Below, in pieces: positions 1-64,000 of a DNA stretch of 64,000 bases; within the stretch, counting starts at the first letter, position 1, and each line of letters starts with the position of its first letter. A program made the position numbers and the translations under genes. The stretch lies in the NCBI RefSeq assembly GCF_001194135.2, contig NC_068999.1, positions 25,566,039 through 25,630,038 of the forward strand, read 5' to 3'. The notes under the pieces were generated by a model. The model did not search any database. It was not told the DNA's origin and saw only the letters and a list, made by a program, of their open reading frames with translations. The DNA is from Octopus bimaculoides. Taxonomy: Eukaryota.

Positions 1-982
1 TCATGAAGAACATATGGTTAAGCGCAAATTAAACATACTTAAAATGAAGAACTGAAACTTTTTTTTAATCAATCCAAATTATATCAATAATGAAAAGAAA
101 ACTCATTAACATTGGTGAAAAGTCATCTCAAAAGGAACAAAGGAGAAAATTCCACATTTAAAATTATCAAAAGCTAAATGAAGATGCACTAGGAGAGAGT
201 GAACCTGAGCTTTGACTGTTATGGTGACAACTGTAGTCATGTTTTGATCATATTAGACCTCCCCAGAAAAGCCTAGTCAACACATAACTATCAAACCATA
301 AAAGAAATGACCTGAAGAGTTTTGGTGTAAAAATAATTCACTAATTAAGCAATTTAAAAGTTTACTTACTAGATAAATTATTTTAACCTGCAATTAATCT
401 GATATTAATATCATTAACTAGTTTCACTTCAGCTACTGAAAAAAAATTTGAAGAAGGCTTAGATAAAGTATTTAGTATAAGGCCAGTAACAGTTGGGAAA
501 AACAGTAACAAGATTATGAGACAGATGAAGTAAGTGGATTTAGATAAGAATGGCTTATAGTAAATCAAGTTCAAACTATTAGAAAAACTAGATAGCTCGA
601 TCAACAGATTGGTAATTTCACTGAGAGAGTATTGTTTCTGGTTAAGATAATTTGTTTTCTCAAAAGCCTAATCCACCTAACTCTCAGTAGGTAACTGTAG
701 GTGCTGCAAATAGCAAGAATAAAACTTTCTCAAATCCTGACAGTTGTTTTGAAATGAAAAAATGTGTATTATACTCATATTTAGTTTACATAAGTGGTAT
801 AGTAGTAGGCTGAAATCAAAGATGTAATCAAAAGCCAAGAAGTCAAATATTCTGCTCCTGAATACCGGTATACCATTTAGCAAGAACATTGCTGAAGTTT
901 TAGTATTAGAAATGTTTACAATGTGTTCTGTGTTATCTTATATATATATATCTATGTGTGTATGTGTATATATATTTGACAG

Positions 983-54472
<53,490 letters not shown>

Positions 54473-55069
54473 CTAAAACTCCTGTTGAGTTAAAAGTGTA
54501 ATAATTGAAGACTAACGCTGAGCAGAACATCAAGCAAAATGAACGTTTTTGTTTCGTTTTTTTTTTTTATTCTTTTATCAGAAGCAAAACTCTTTATCAC
54601 CCTTTTGAGTGATAATATAAATGGCTTGCTGGACTTCCCAAGAGGTGCATTTTTTAAAATTCAAATGTCCTTATATTATTGGTGCTATGTACTTAGCTGT
54701 AGTATTTACCATACAGATCTTATTACCTTCATCAGTTACTGTAACTAAAAAAATAGAAAAATATTTGTAAATTAAATTAATACAAAATTAGAAAGAACTA
54801 ATGTCTTAACACAGACACATACTTGAGTGCTCAGACACACACAAAAGGTTAGAGTATTTTGTTATTGATAGTTGATAGTTAAACTATCTTAGTTTCTGCT
54901 CTTTAAGTTTGACTTCTTCAATTTATTTTTACCTATAGATTCCATCTCTTCTGAACTCACAAACCCCAAATGCTATGTAATATTGTTGGTGTGGAATTTC
55001 TTACAAAACTGTAATACGAATTTTGTTCTTGTTTGATTATTATTTTAATAAATAATATTATTGTTGCAA

Positions 55070-55117
<48 letters not shown>

Positions 55118-57917
55118 TACATATATATATTTGTATATATATATACACACATATACATACATACAAGTATATGTATGCACATATATATATANNNNNNNNN
55201 NNNNNNNNNNNNNNNNNNNNNNNNNNNNNNNNNNNNNNNNNNNNNNNNNNNNNNNNNNNNNNNNNNNNNNNNNNNNNNNNNNNNNNNNNNNNNNNNNNNN
55301 NNNNNNNNNNNNNNNNNNNNNNNNNNNNNNNNNNNNNNNNNNNNNNNNNNNNNNNNNNNNNNNNNNNNNNNNNNNNNNNNNNNNNNNNNNNNNNNNNNTC
55401 TATCATCATCACCCTCAAACTATTTCTAATCATACTGTGATGTTTAAAATAAAACACTGCCAGGGGTTTTTTGTAAAGGACTTATGGAAAAACTTGTACT
55501 TTTTTAAAAGAGAATTTAACATCTTAATGAATTGCTGAAATGAGAGAAAATTAAAAGTGAAAATAACCATCTTCTCTACCACAAACAGATTGAGCTGGAT
55601 TTTAACTATGCATCTATCAATCTATATTTCTTTTGATCTATCTAGCTATCAGTTTGTCTATTGGCTTACAGACAGTTAGTTAGATAAATAGATTGATAGA
55701 ATGATACACATTCATTGACAATATATATTTAAAAATACATTTTTTATATATAGTAGAAACCTTAATTTTTAATGACTTTGTTGGCACAATTCAGTTATAT
55801 GGTGATTTAAAATGCATTTCTGAGAAAAGAATAAAAAGATATGTATTTCTTTTTATATGCAAATAGTTTACTACAAATATTTTTCGATTTATTTTTTTTT
55901 TTAATTATTGATAAATATATTTTTTTCAAAAGAAAATTTGAAATGATGCTGAACATTACATTCTTCTTTGCACATCAAAAAAGATGACAGTATGGTTAAG
56001 TTACTGGCTAGTATATATGTATGTCTACAGTTAAATCTAATTCACTATTAATTACAAAACCGTATCTAATTTATAAATTTGTATATTGAAAGAAAGAAGG
56101 AAAAATAAAAGCAAGTGGTGAAAAGATTTTTTTTTTTTTTTTTACTTATCTATTCTCTATATTACCAGAACAGACAAATAATTTAAAAGAAAAGCTTTTA
56201 AAACATTCTATGTGCATGTAATACAATCTGGCTTGTTGAATGACAAGCAATTTCACTCATTTCAGGGCTCTCCTTCTCTCGCATAGCCTACAATGTGCAA
56301 TGTTCATTTTTTTTACCAAATAATTTTTTTTATATTACTTGTAAATAAATGGAATGTATTCCATTACTTCTTCAGTACTGACTCAAATTATTATTATTAT
56401 TACTATTATCATTGTTGCTGCTGCTGCTTTATACAGTGGTAAATTCTCATTTAATGCAACCTTTTGGCAAATTTCCATTCCTAGTTTGAATGGTTCTATT
56501 TACTGTATTATTTCAAATTTTCAACATATAGCTATATATAAATATATATTTTAATAACAAAAATAAAAACAATAATTTCCCTTTAAATTATCATACACCT
56601 TTAGAAACTAAATATTTAGAAATAGTCAGATTCTGTCTCGCACAGAACCAACAATAAAAGCACAATAGTTGATTAGTTTCCTTCAACTTGATTATTTCAA
56701 TCACAATCTTTCTTAATGATCTAATGCTCTTTTTAGTAGGTGTTACACTATTTCATATTTTGGTCTCTTCTTAAAATTCAATTAATATAACACCCTTATT
56801 CTTTGTTTGTCACTGTTCAAAGCTTTTATAAAATCTTTCATCACATATTTAACAGTTTTGATAGTTCTGATATAGATATCCTTTCAAGAGTTAATATGGA
56901 TATTCAGATGCTTAATGGGATATTTATTAATAAAAGAAAGCATCTCTTGTGTCAATAACTTTGGGTTGATTTTCATCATAAATGGTAAAGTATAAATCAA
57001 ATAAATTATGCTTTTTATTGTTCCACATTTTACTTTTTTTTAACAAGTGTTCCTATGAATATTACCATTATTTATTGACAAGAACATAACAATCAATAAC
57101 AGTAAGTAAGTACATTTAGTAGATGTCTAAACAATTTTACCAGGGGCTTTTGTTTTCATATGATGTCAAATTAATATTTATACAGATACAGTGATTGTAA
57201 ATATAAATATATCTTATAATAATGCTCTTCCTCTCAACTTTAATATATAATGATACACAGCAACAATGGTTGGAGGTTAAATTATCAGACATTTAGCTCT
57301 GATTATGTGCTGATGATCTACTATGTTCAAAAGCAAGTTGACCAACTGCATGGTATAGATATTGCATACTATAACTAGATCATGGATGTATTGTTGCTTT
57401 TTTTTTTCTGTTATTATACTACAAACTCTCTCCTCTGGTATCTGAAGCTTTCATCCCATATTTATCTCGTCTCTTACTAGCCCTACTACATCTCATCCCT
57501 ACCACTGATCTTACTGTAAATATATTACTTAGTCATTCCTTCACAGAGTTTCCACAACTTGTAATTCCCTTCATGCCCTTATTTTTCCTGTACATATTGG
57601 CTTACAGATGTTCAACTTGACCATCAACTATATCAGTACCACCAGTCTACGATGGCCTGCAAAGCAAAGACACTTGTCTTTCGTCTCCAACTAATTAATG
57701 ATTTCTGACATTATCACAAGGTCATGTTTTCTGGTGGGAGCGAACAGTCAATTAATCAGTTTTCAGAACTTAATTAGTCCTTATTTTATCAACTCCACAA
57801 AGGTAAGAAATAAGATTAATCACTAATGATCATAAAAAGTGCACAAATATCAATACCTTGTTTCTTCTTTAGTATACAGTGATATATTTGAACTAAGATC
57901 CAAATCTTGGTTGCTAT

Positions 57918-57965
57918 AGTCACAATGTTTCGGTCATTGAACACTCTGGCCTTCTTCAGGTGGCT
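57918..57965 (-). ncRNA. Strongly decayed hammerhead-like motif
   Basis: Minus strand AGCCAC CUGAAGA AGGCC...GACC GAAA CAUU GUGACU. Core halves are present and helix I pairs 5 of 6, but helix III/UH is too short. Confidence 0.4.
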
Positions 57966-58203
57966 GCTGTATTCTCTGGAGGTTCACTAAGGTTCTCTCA
58001 TTTCCTAACTGAATTCATTATTTCAATCCAGGGGATGGGGAGAGTAGATGCTGTTCATTCTGTTGCCCATATATGAGAAGATATTATATTGATTATTCTT
58101 GTGATGCCATTTAACCATTCCACTTAAACCAGAGCATATATAGATTCACTTATCTGGAGATTGAACTAATGTTCATCAAATAAACTGAAGCATCAGTACT
58201 TAA

Positions 58204-58406
58204 CCCTTTAGCATTCAGATTACCCTGTCAAATATAATGTATATTTATTCACATTGTTATGCATTATCTTGGAGCTTTGAGATTTTGATGATGTGCTTGT
58301 TTATTTTTAAAATGACATTATATGAGAGGTGTGAGAGGCTGGCTAATTCGTAAAGAAAACAAGTAAAATATTTGGGCCTGATATGGCTCATTTAAATGCT
58401 AAATGG
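58204..58406. mobile_element. piggyBac-type MITE
   Basis: TTAA|CCCTTTAGCATT...AATGCTAAATGG|TTAA (TTAA at 58200..58203 and 58407..58410). Confidence 0.8.
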
Positions 58407-58715
58407 TTAATTCATATATTCATCATATTTAATTATGACCTGCACTCAGCTACAGCCCTCACAATCATTCTATCAGACATCATTATCACTGAGGATCTAT
58501 TCTAGTAAAAGCACATCTAGGACCACGTCTGAGAAACTAGCCTCTCTCTACGGCTACTATAATAGCTATAATATAATTCCTTGGAGTTGGCTGACTGCAT
58601 ACCATAATCACTAAATCTAATCCTTCCTTCCCAAAACATTTTCTGCTTGGAACAACTTCTCAGAACATATCTTTCATACAGGTATTGACTTATTCAAGGA
58701 AAACATTTATTGCAT

Positions 58716-58898
58716 CTGTCTCACAGGTCTGTAATTTTTAGCTTCAGCCCTGCTACTTCCTGTGTGTTCTTGGAAAATGCCAATATCTAGCAACTTTTGA
58801 AATAGTATCTTTAGTGGTTTAGTGAGGCTGTATTTGCACCTCTTTAACAGTATGCCTGGGAGACCATCTAATCCAGATGCTGAGTTTGAATCTAAGTC
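58716..58898 (-). mobile_element. CR1/L2/Jockey-type LINE RT N-terminal fragment
   Basis: Minus-strand [35 protein letters not shown]...KNYRPV resembles the (A/S)PGxDG...NYRP region of non-LTR RTs. Confidence 0.65.
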
Positions 58899-59020
58899 AT
58901 TAATAGCTGTAAATATATATATATGTACATATATATATATATACTTAGATATAAGGATTTACTTTTCGTAATGAGATATAAAAAAACAAGGCTATGTATA
59001 ATTTAGAACATTTATAAATA

Positions 59021-59070
59021 GGTCTTACAGCTGTTTCCAGGATATTTATTATATCCCTTCATCAGAGATG
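59021..59070 (-). ncRNA. Type I hammerhead motif, core intact, helix I partly lost
   Basis: Minus strand caUCU CUGAUGA A GGGAUAU aauaa AUAUCCU G GAAA CAGCUG UA AGAcc. Palindromic ACAGCUGU helix III, 7-bp helix II behind an A.G mismatch, helix I only 3 bp. Confidence 0.62.
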
Positions 59071-59504
59071 ATGAGAGAGGATGGTTAAGCAATAGTTGAT
59101 TTAGATAAGATGGGAAATAGAGAGTGAATGCAGGGATATTGTATTTGTAAATCCATTGTTTAGGCAGAATGGTATACATATAAGATTCCAATACCTTATG
59201 AGTAAAATCCAACAGTCTTTGAAATTGGTCATTCCAAATACCGAGTTTATACACAGTGTTATTGAATCAAGGGTAGGGTAGCAAATATTTTTTACAAATT
59301 TCAGTACCAGTGGCCTAGCATGTACAAAAAGTCAATAGTCGACATATTATTCAATATAAAATAGTGTACATTTAAACACAAGATGTATTACCTATAACAG
59401 GCAATTTCTACACGCTAGAAGAAGCAGTCAAAATGACCGAAAACTATAAAATTTAAGCAACTTCAAAGGGAATGAAAAAATAAAAACTTTTACCTTGTTT
59501 TTAC

Positions 59505-59575
59505 GGTTATACCTATAGGTTTCGAATTTTTTTAGTAAATAAAATAATTTACTAAGCAAATTCTCATCAGTAACC
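59505..59575 (-). ncRNA. Type I hammerhead ribozyme with long helix II, intact core
   Basis: Minus strand GGUUA CUGAUGA GAAUUU gc UUAGUAAAU uauuuu AUUUACUAA aa AAAUUC GAAA CC UAUA GG UA UAACC: helix I 5 bp, helix II 6+9 bp, palindromic ACCUAUAGGU, GUA triplet. Confidence 0.88.
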
Positions 59576-60016
59576 AAGCCATCCAAGACTAACCTATAAC
59601 TATGAGACAAATAGCATATTATAATTTTTTCAAAATCCACCATGTAAACGCAGTTTCAGTCAGCAGAAAATGAAAAATGCTAAAACAAACTTTGAAATGC
59701 TAATGTTGATACTTAGATATATATATAGGGAAGCAAATATATTTACAAATTTCACTACCAGTGGCCTAGCATGTATAAAAAGTCAATAGACAACATATTA
59801 ATCAATATAAAATAGTGTACATTTGACTTTTTATACATGCTAAGCCACTGGTAGTGAAATTTGTAAAAATATATATATATTAATATCAATATTAGCATTT
59901 CAAAGTTTGTTTCGGCATGTTTTATTTTCTTCTGATTGAAACTGCACTTGCGTGGTGCATTTTGAAAAAGTTATAACATATAACGATGGGACACGTGCTT
60001 AGTCTTGGATGGCTCA

Positions 60017-60085
60017 GTTACTGATGAGAATTTGCCTAGTAAATTATTCTATTTACTAAAAAAATTCAAAACCTATAGGTATAAC
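60017..60085 (+). ncRNA. Inverted, decayed copy of the 59505..59575 hammerhead (G12 to A)
   Basis: GTTA CTGATGA GAATTT...AAATTC AAAA CCTATAGG TA TAAC. The change CGAAA to CAAAA fits CpG decay. Confidence 0.8.
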
Positions 60086-60790
60086 AGTAGAAACAAGGTA
60101 AAAGATTCTATTTTTTCTTTCCCTTTGAAATTGCTTAAATTTTGTGGTTTTCAGTCGTTTTGACTGTCTCCAAGCATGTAGAAATTGCCTGTTATAGGTA
60201 ATTTCTCCTGTGTTTAAATGTACACTATTTTATATATATATATATATTTGGTTTATTGTTCTTTAACAAAAATTGTACTGACAGTGACTTTGAATTTTTA
60301 AGCTAAGCCTTCATCAGATTGGTGTACATTTTGTGTGTACAGTTAGATGAATGTCTACTACTGTATGAGTTAGAGCTCCACATAGCTTATTATCCAGTCA
60401 GCTTCCATTGTAGTGGTTAAGCAACCACTACACTTAGTAGTGTTACTAGTTATAATGTACAGAGTATACGTAGTGGAAATTAAGATGACCATCAGTATAA
60501 ATATTTAGTTCCTATATATGTTTTAACCATTGAAGTTATGTGGAACTCAGCATCGGATGTTTCAAGTCCATTTGGATACCTAACTGGAATGGATCATCAA
60601 AGAAACATTTTATAACACTGATCTCTGTAACAAAATGCAATAAAGTGTTCCCTGATGGTCCAAATGCACTTGAAGAATACTGTCTGCACCTTGTACTGTA
60701 TAATTTAAGAAGAAAGTGAGAGTGTCATGTGATTAAAAAAAGGAAAGGTCTGGTGAACCTTGACTCAGGGAAATATTAATGCCCATGGCA

Positions 60791-61670
60791 TACAAGGTGG
60801 TATCAAAAAGTTCTCAGACTATTTATGCTTAATATAAAATAACTTATTTGCCTAAGTCTTACCATCATCTTCAAAACAGTCACCTTGTGTGGCAATACGC
60901 TGGTCCCAGCATACCTACCGCTTTCAGAATCTGGCCTGGAAGTCATCTTCCATAAGTGAGTCAAAGACCTTGTATGATTTGCTCTGGATCTTGACAACAG
61001 TATTAAAATAGCAACCTTTAAGCTGCATTTTCATCTTGGGCATGAGATGGAAGTCCATAGGTGCTAAATTTGGCAAATAGGGCTGGTGTGGAAGTGATAG
61101 CATATTGTTTTTGGTGTGAAACTCATGAGTGAGTAGAGCTCAGTGACAGGGTGCACTGTCATTCTTCGCACTCCACAGATCCAGTCACTTTCCTCGAATG
61201 TCCTCCCTCAAACCCTTCAAAACATCGCAGTAGAACTCTCGACCGACTGTCTGGACCTGGAGGATGAATTCTTGATGAACAATACCACAGATATTGAAAA
61301 AAACGATGAGCATGCTCTTGAATGAGCTGCAGTTCTGTTGTGCCTTCTTTGGTTGTGGAGATGAATGGCTCTTCAATTATGACTGTTGCTTCATCTCAAG
61401 GTCATACTCAATGTCTCTGCAGCAGACTTCCCAAGTTTAACACAAACTTTCACATTGGCTCTTTGTTCCACCTTTCTGTCCATAACAAAATTGTAGATTA
61501 CAGCACACACATGATCACAAAAACACAAATTTTACAACTTGCAAAGTAAATACAGCAATATCAATCAGCACACTGCTTCATGAAGGTTACTGCTAGCTCT
61601 TACTGCACACACAATTGTGTGCTGCCATCTATTGGCACAATAAAGAACTATTCCAGGAACTTTTTGATAA
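60791..61670 (-). mobile_element. Decayed mariner transposon
   Basis: ORF 61185..61376 PQPKKA...KSMLIVFFNICGIVHQEFILQVQTV...YCDVLKGLREDIR is a typical mariner transposase segment; partial TIRs tatcaaaaagttc (60801) / gaactttttgata (61657); TA at 60791. Confidence 0.85.
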
Positions 61671-62019
61671 GTTTGCAATATGCATGCCTACTTAGACAAG
61701 CGAGATCTATGTGTTTGAATTTAATTTGAACCTCTGTAAATTAATATCTGTAAGAAAAACATGGTGGAGGGAGAATTCCAGAATTTTTTTAGCAAGGAAT
61801 GATTGGACAAAGTCTGAATCTAGGGAGATGACACACAGTAAAGAAAGTGAGATGTTTGTTGGAAGACTTCGATAGAAAGGATATTCAACTTTATTAGAAG
61901 TACTCAGAGTAGAGGTAGAAGAGGCAGAGAGAAGAATCAACATATCTGTGGGCTGATGGCTGTAATATGTTAGTGAGAGGCTCTGACAGTTTGTTGAATT
62001 TATTAATTAGCAAGTTGAT

Positions 62020-63365
62020 AGCTTCCGTTATCTAGGTGACCAAGTTAGTAGCAGAGAAAGGTGTGCTGAAAGTGTAGCTGCTAGAATAAGAATAGCCTGG
62101 GCAAAATTCAGAGAGCTCTTATCTCTGCTAGTGACAAAAGGCCTCTCGCTCAGAATAAAAGGCAGGCTGTATGACGCATGTATACGAACAGCCATGCTAC
62201 ATGACAGTGAAACATGGACCATGACTGCTGAGGACATGCGTAAGCTCGCAAGGAATGAAGCCAGTATGCTCCAATGGATGTGTAATGTCTGTGCATACTC
62301 GACAGAATGTAAGTACCTTGAGAGAAAAGTTAAACCTAAGAAGCATCAATTATGGTGTGCAAGAGAGACGATTGCACTGGTATGGTCATGTGGCGAGAAT
62401 GGATGAAAATAGCTGTGTGAAAAAGCAGTTGAGGGGACCTGTGGAAGAGGTAGACCCAGGAAGACCTGGGATGAGATGATGAAGCACAACCTTTGAAAAT
62501 TAGGCCTCACTGAGGCAATGACTTGTGACCGAGACCTTTGGAAATATGCTGTGCGTGAGAAGACCCGGCAAGCCAAGTGAGACCATAATCCGAGGCCTCT
62601 GCCAGGGGTGTAGCCAGCCCACTTATGCATACCTTTCCTTCATTGGACACTAAACTCTGCTTGCAAAGACCTGTTGAGCCAAGTGAAATCGAAATCGAAC
62701 CAATTTCGACGACTGGCACCCATGCCAACCTCTCCTTCATTGGATACTAAACTCTGCTTGTGAAGACTTGTTGGGGCAAGTGAAATCAAAATCGTGATGG
62801 CACAAGCACCAATCGAGCATGATCATTGCCAGAGCAGCNNNNNNNNNNNNNNNNNNNNNNNNNNNNNNNNNNNNNNNNNNNNNNNNNNNNNNNNNNNNNN
62901 NNNNNNNNNNNNNNNNNNNNNNNNNNNNNNNNNNNNNNNNNNNNNNNNNNNNNNNNNNNNNNNNNNNNNNNNNCTTCCATGCCAGTGGCACGTAAATAGC
63001 ACCATTTGAGCGTGATCGTTACCAGTGTCACCTTACTGGCACTTGTACCGGTGGCACGTGAAAAAACATTCGAGCAAGGTTGTTGCCAGTGCTGCTGGAC
63101 TGGCTCTTGTGCAGGTGACACGCATGATACACCATTTTGAGCGTAGCCATTGCCAGTACTGCCTGACTGGCCTTCGTTACGGTGGCACGTAAAAGCACCC
63201 ACTACACTCTCGGAGTGGTTGGCGTTAGGAAGGGCATCCAGCTGTAGAAACTCTGCCAGATCAGACTGGAGCCTGGTACAGCCATCTTGTTCGCGAATCC
63301 TCAGTCAAATTGTCCAACCCATGCTAGCATGGAAAGCGGACATTAAACAATGATGATGATGATGA
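62020..63365 (+). mobile_element. 5'-truncated RTE-clade LINE: ORF C-terminus, repetitive 3' UTR and (GAT)n tail
   Basis: VDSFRYLGDQV...RIRIAWAKFRELL.LLVTKGLSLRIKGRLYDAC...SETW, ERRLHWYGHVARM; internal duplication 62632..62795; spans N gap 62839..62973. Confidence 0.88.
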
Positions 63366-63667
63366 TTGGGTATAGGGTGAAAAGATAGATTACAAAAATT
63401 GAACATAGAGATTGTTAAGCCAATCAAAAGTTATTAATGGTACAGAAAAGAAGTGGTGAATAAAAGGATTAAATAGACTTTGAAAAAAGACTGCGTTAAA
63501 ATGCACTTTGTAAATGAATTGCTATTTATATAATTATTAGTTTTAACAAGCTACACAACAGTGATCTTCAACCATTCTAAGAAGCCTTAAGAAGATTAGC
63601 AAGTATAATGAAGATCCTAAAGAGAATCACAATTCAATCCTTTCTAAGATATGTATTTAACAAGATA

Positions 63668-64000
63668 GAGGCATCAAGCTGTTAGATCAGGTTATGAAAG
63701 TTACAGAGAGGGTCATAGCCCAACTAATTAGGGAGCGAATCAATTTAGATGAGATGCAATTTGGGTTCGTGCCAGGTAAAAGCACTACTGATGCCTTATT
63801 TCTAGTGAGACAGCTGCAGGAGAAATACCTAGCTAAGGATAAACCTCTGTACCTGGCTTTCGTTGACATGGAGAAAGCCTTTGACAGGGTCCCCCGATCC
63901 CTTATCTGGTGGTCAATGAGGAAACTTGGGATAGAAGAATGGTTAGTGAGAGCTGTGCGAGCCATGTACAGAGATGCTGCCAGTAAGGTGAGGGTTGGAA
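63668..64000 (+). mobile_element. RTE-clade LINE RT fragment, open frame, runs off window end
   Basis: RGIKLLDQVMKVTERVIAQLIRERINLDEMQFGFVPGKSTTDALFLVRQLQEKYLAKDKPLYLAFVDMEKAFDRVPRSLIWWSMRKLG. Confidence 0.92.

Larger units (their letters stand above)
59281..60235. mobile_element. Hammerhead-bearing 452-bp unit with about 92-bp terminal redundancy followed by an inverted copy (retrozyme / Penelope pseudo-LTR-like)
   Basis: 59281..59373 recurs at 59733..59824 (period 452). 59354..59786 is the diverged reverse complement of 59823..60235. One hammerhead lies in each arm. Confidence 0.75.

Noticed and set aside
1-982. Head-to-head COL4A1 partner and shared promoter expected for collagen IV genes
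   Set aside because: They would lie upstream of the missing 5' exons, outside this window; no alpha1-type exon was seen on the minus strand.
54473-56600. Collagen poly(A) site
   Set aside because: Several AATAAA hexamers (near 55047, 55448, 55830, 56344) in very AT-rich sequence with an N gap; none can be chosen without 3'-end data.

Overview
AT-rich animal genomic DNA with seven N gaps. The SINE and RTE-LINE families resemble those I recall from octopod cephalopods; this is an inference, not a search result. The window is dominated by the 3' part of one + strand type IV collagen gene. I could chain 31 GT-AG exons (983..54472, 4338 nt, about 1445 aa) in one reading frame through the Gly-X-Y helix into a complete 12-Cys NC1 domain of the alpha2 class (COL4A2/let-2-like). 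The signal peptide and 7S exons lie upstream of the window. Introns and the 3' flank carry tRNA-derived SINEs, RTE and CR1/L2-type LINE fragments, a decayed mariner, piggyBac- and hAT-type MITEs, an antisense solo LTR and many microsatellites. The most striking signal not explained by these is seven type I hammerhead-ribozyme motifs (CUGANGA...GAAA...UH, short palindromic helix III). Three have an intact core with a paired helix I (9797..9855 sense in an intron, 36496..36532, 59505..59575); four are partly or fully decayed. Five sit inside or beside fold-back (inverted-repeat) DNA, including a 452-bp retrozyme/Penelope-like unit with an inverted duplicate. The collagen also shows two apparent Gly-to-Cys substitutions in the helix, a GFPGER motif and an Arg-rich C-terminal extension. 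All structures were folded by eye and no database search was run.
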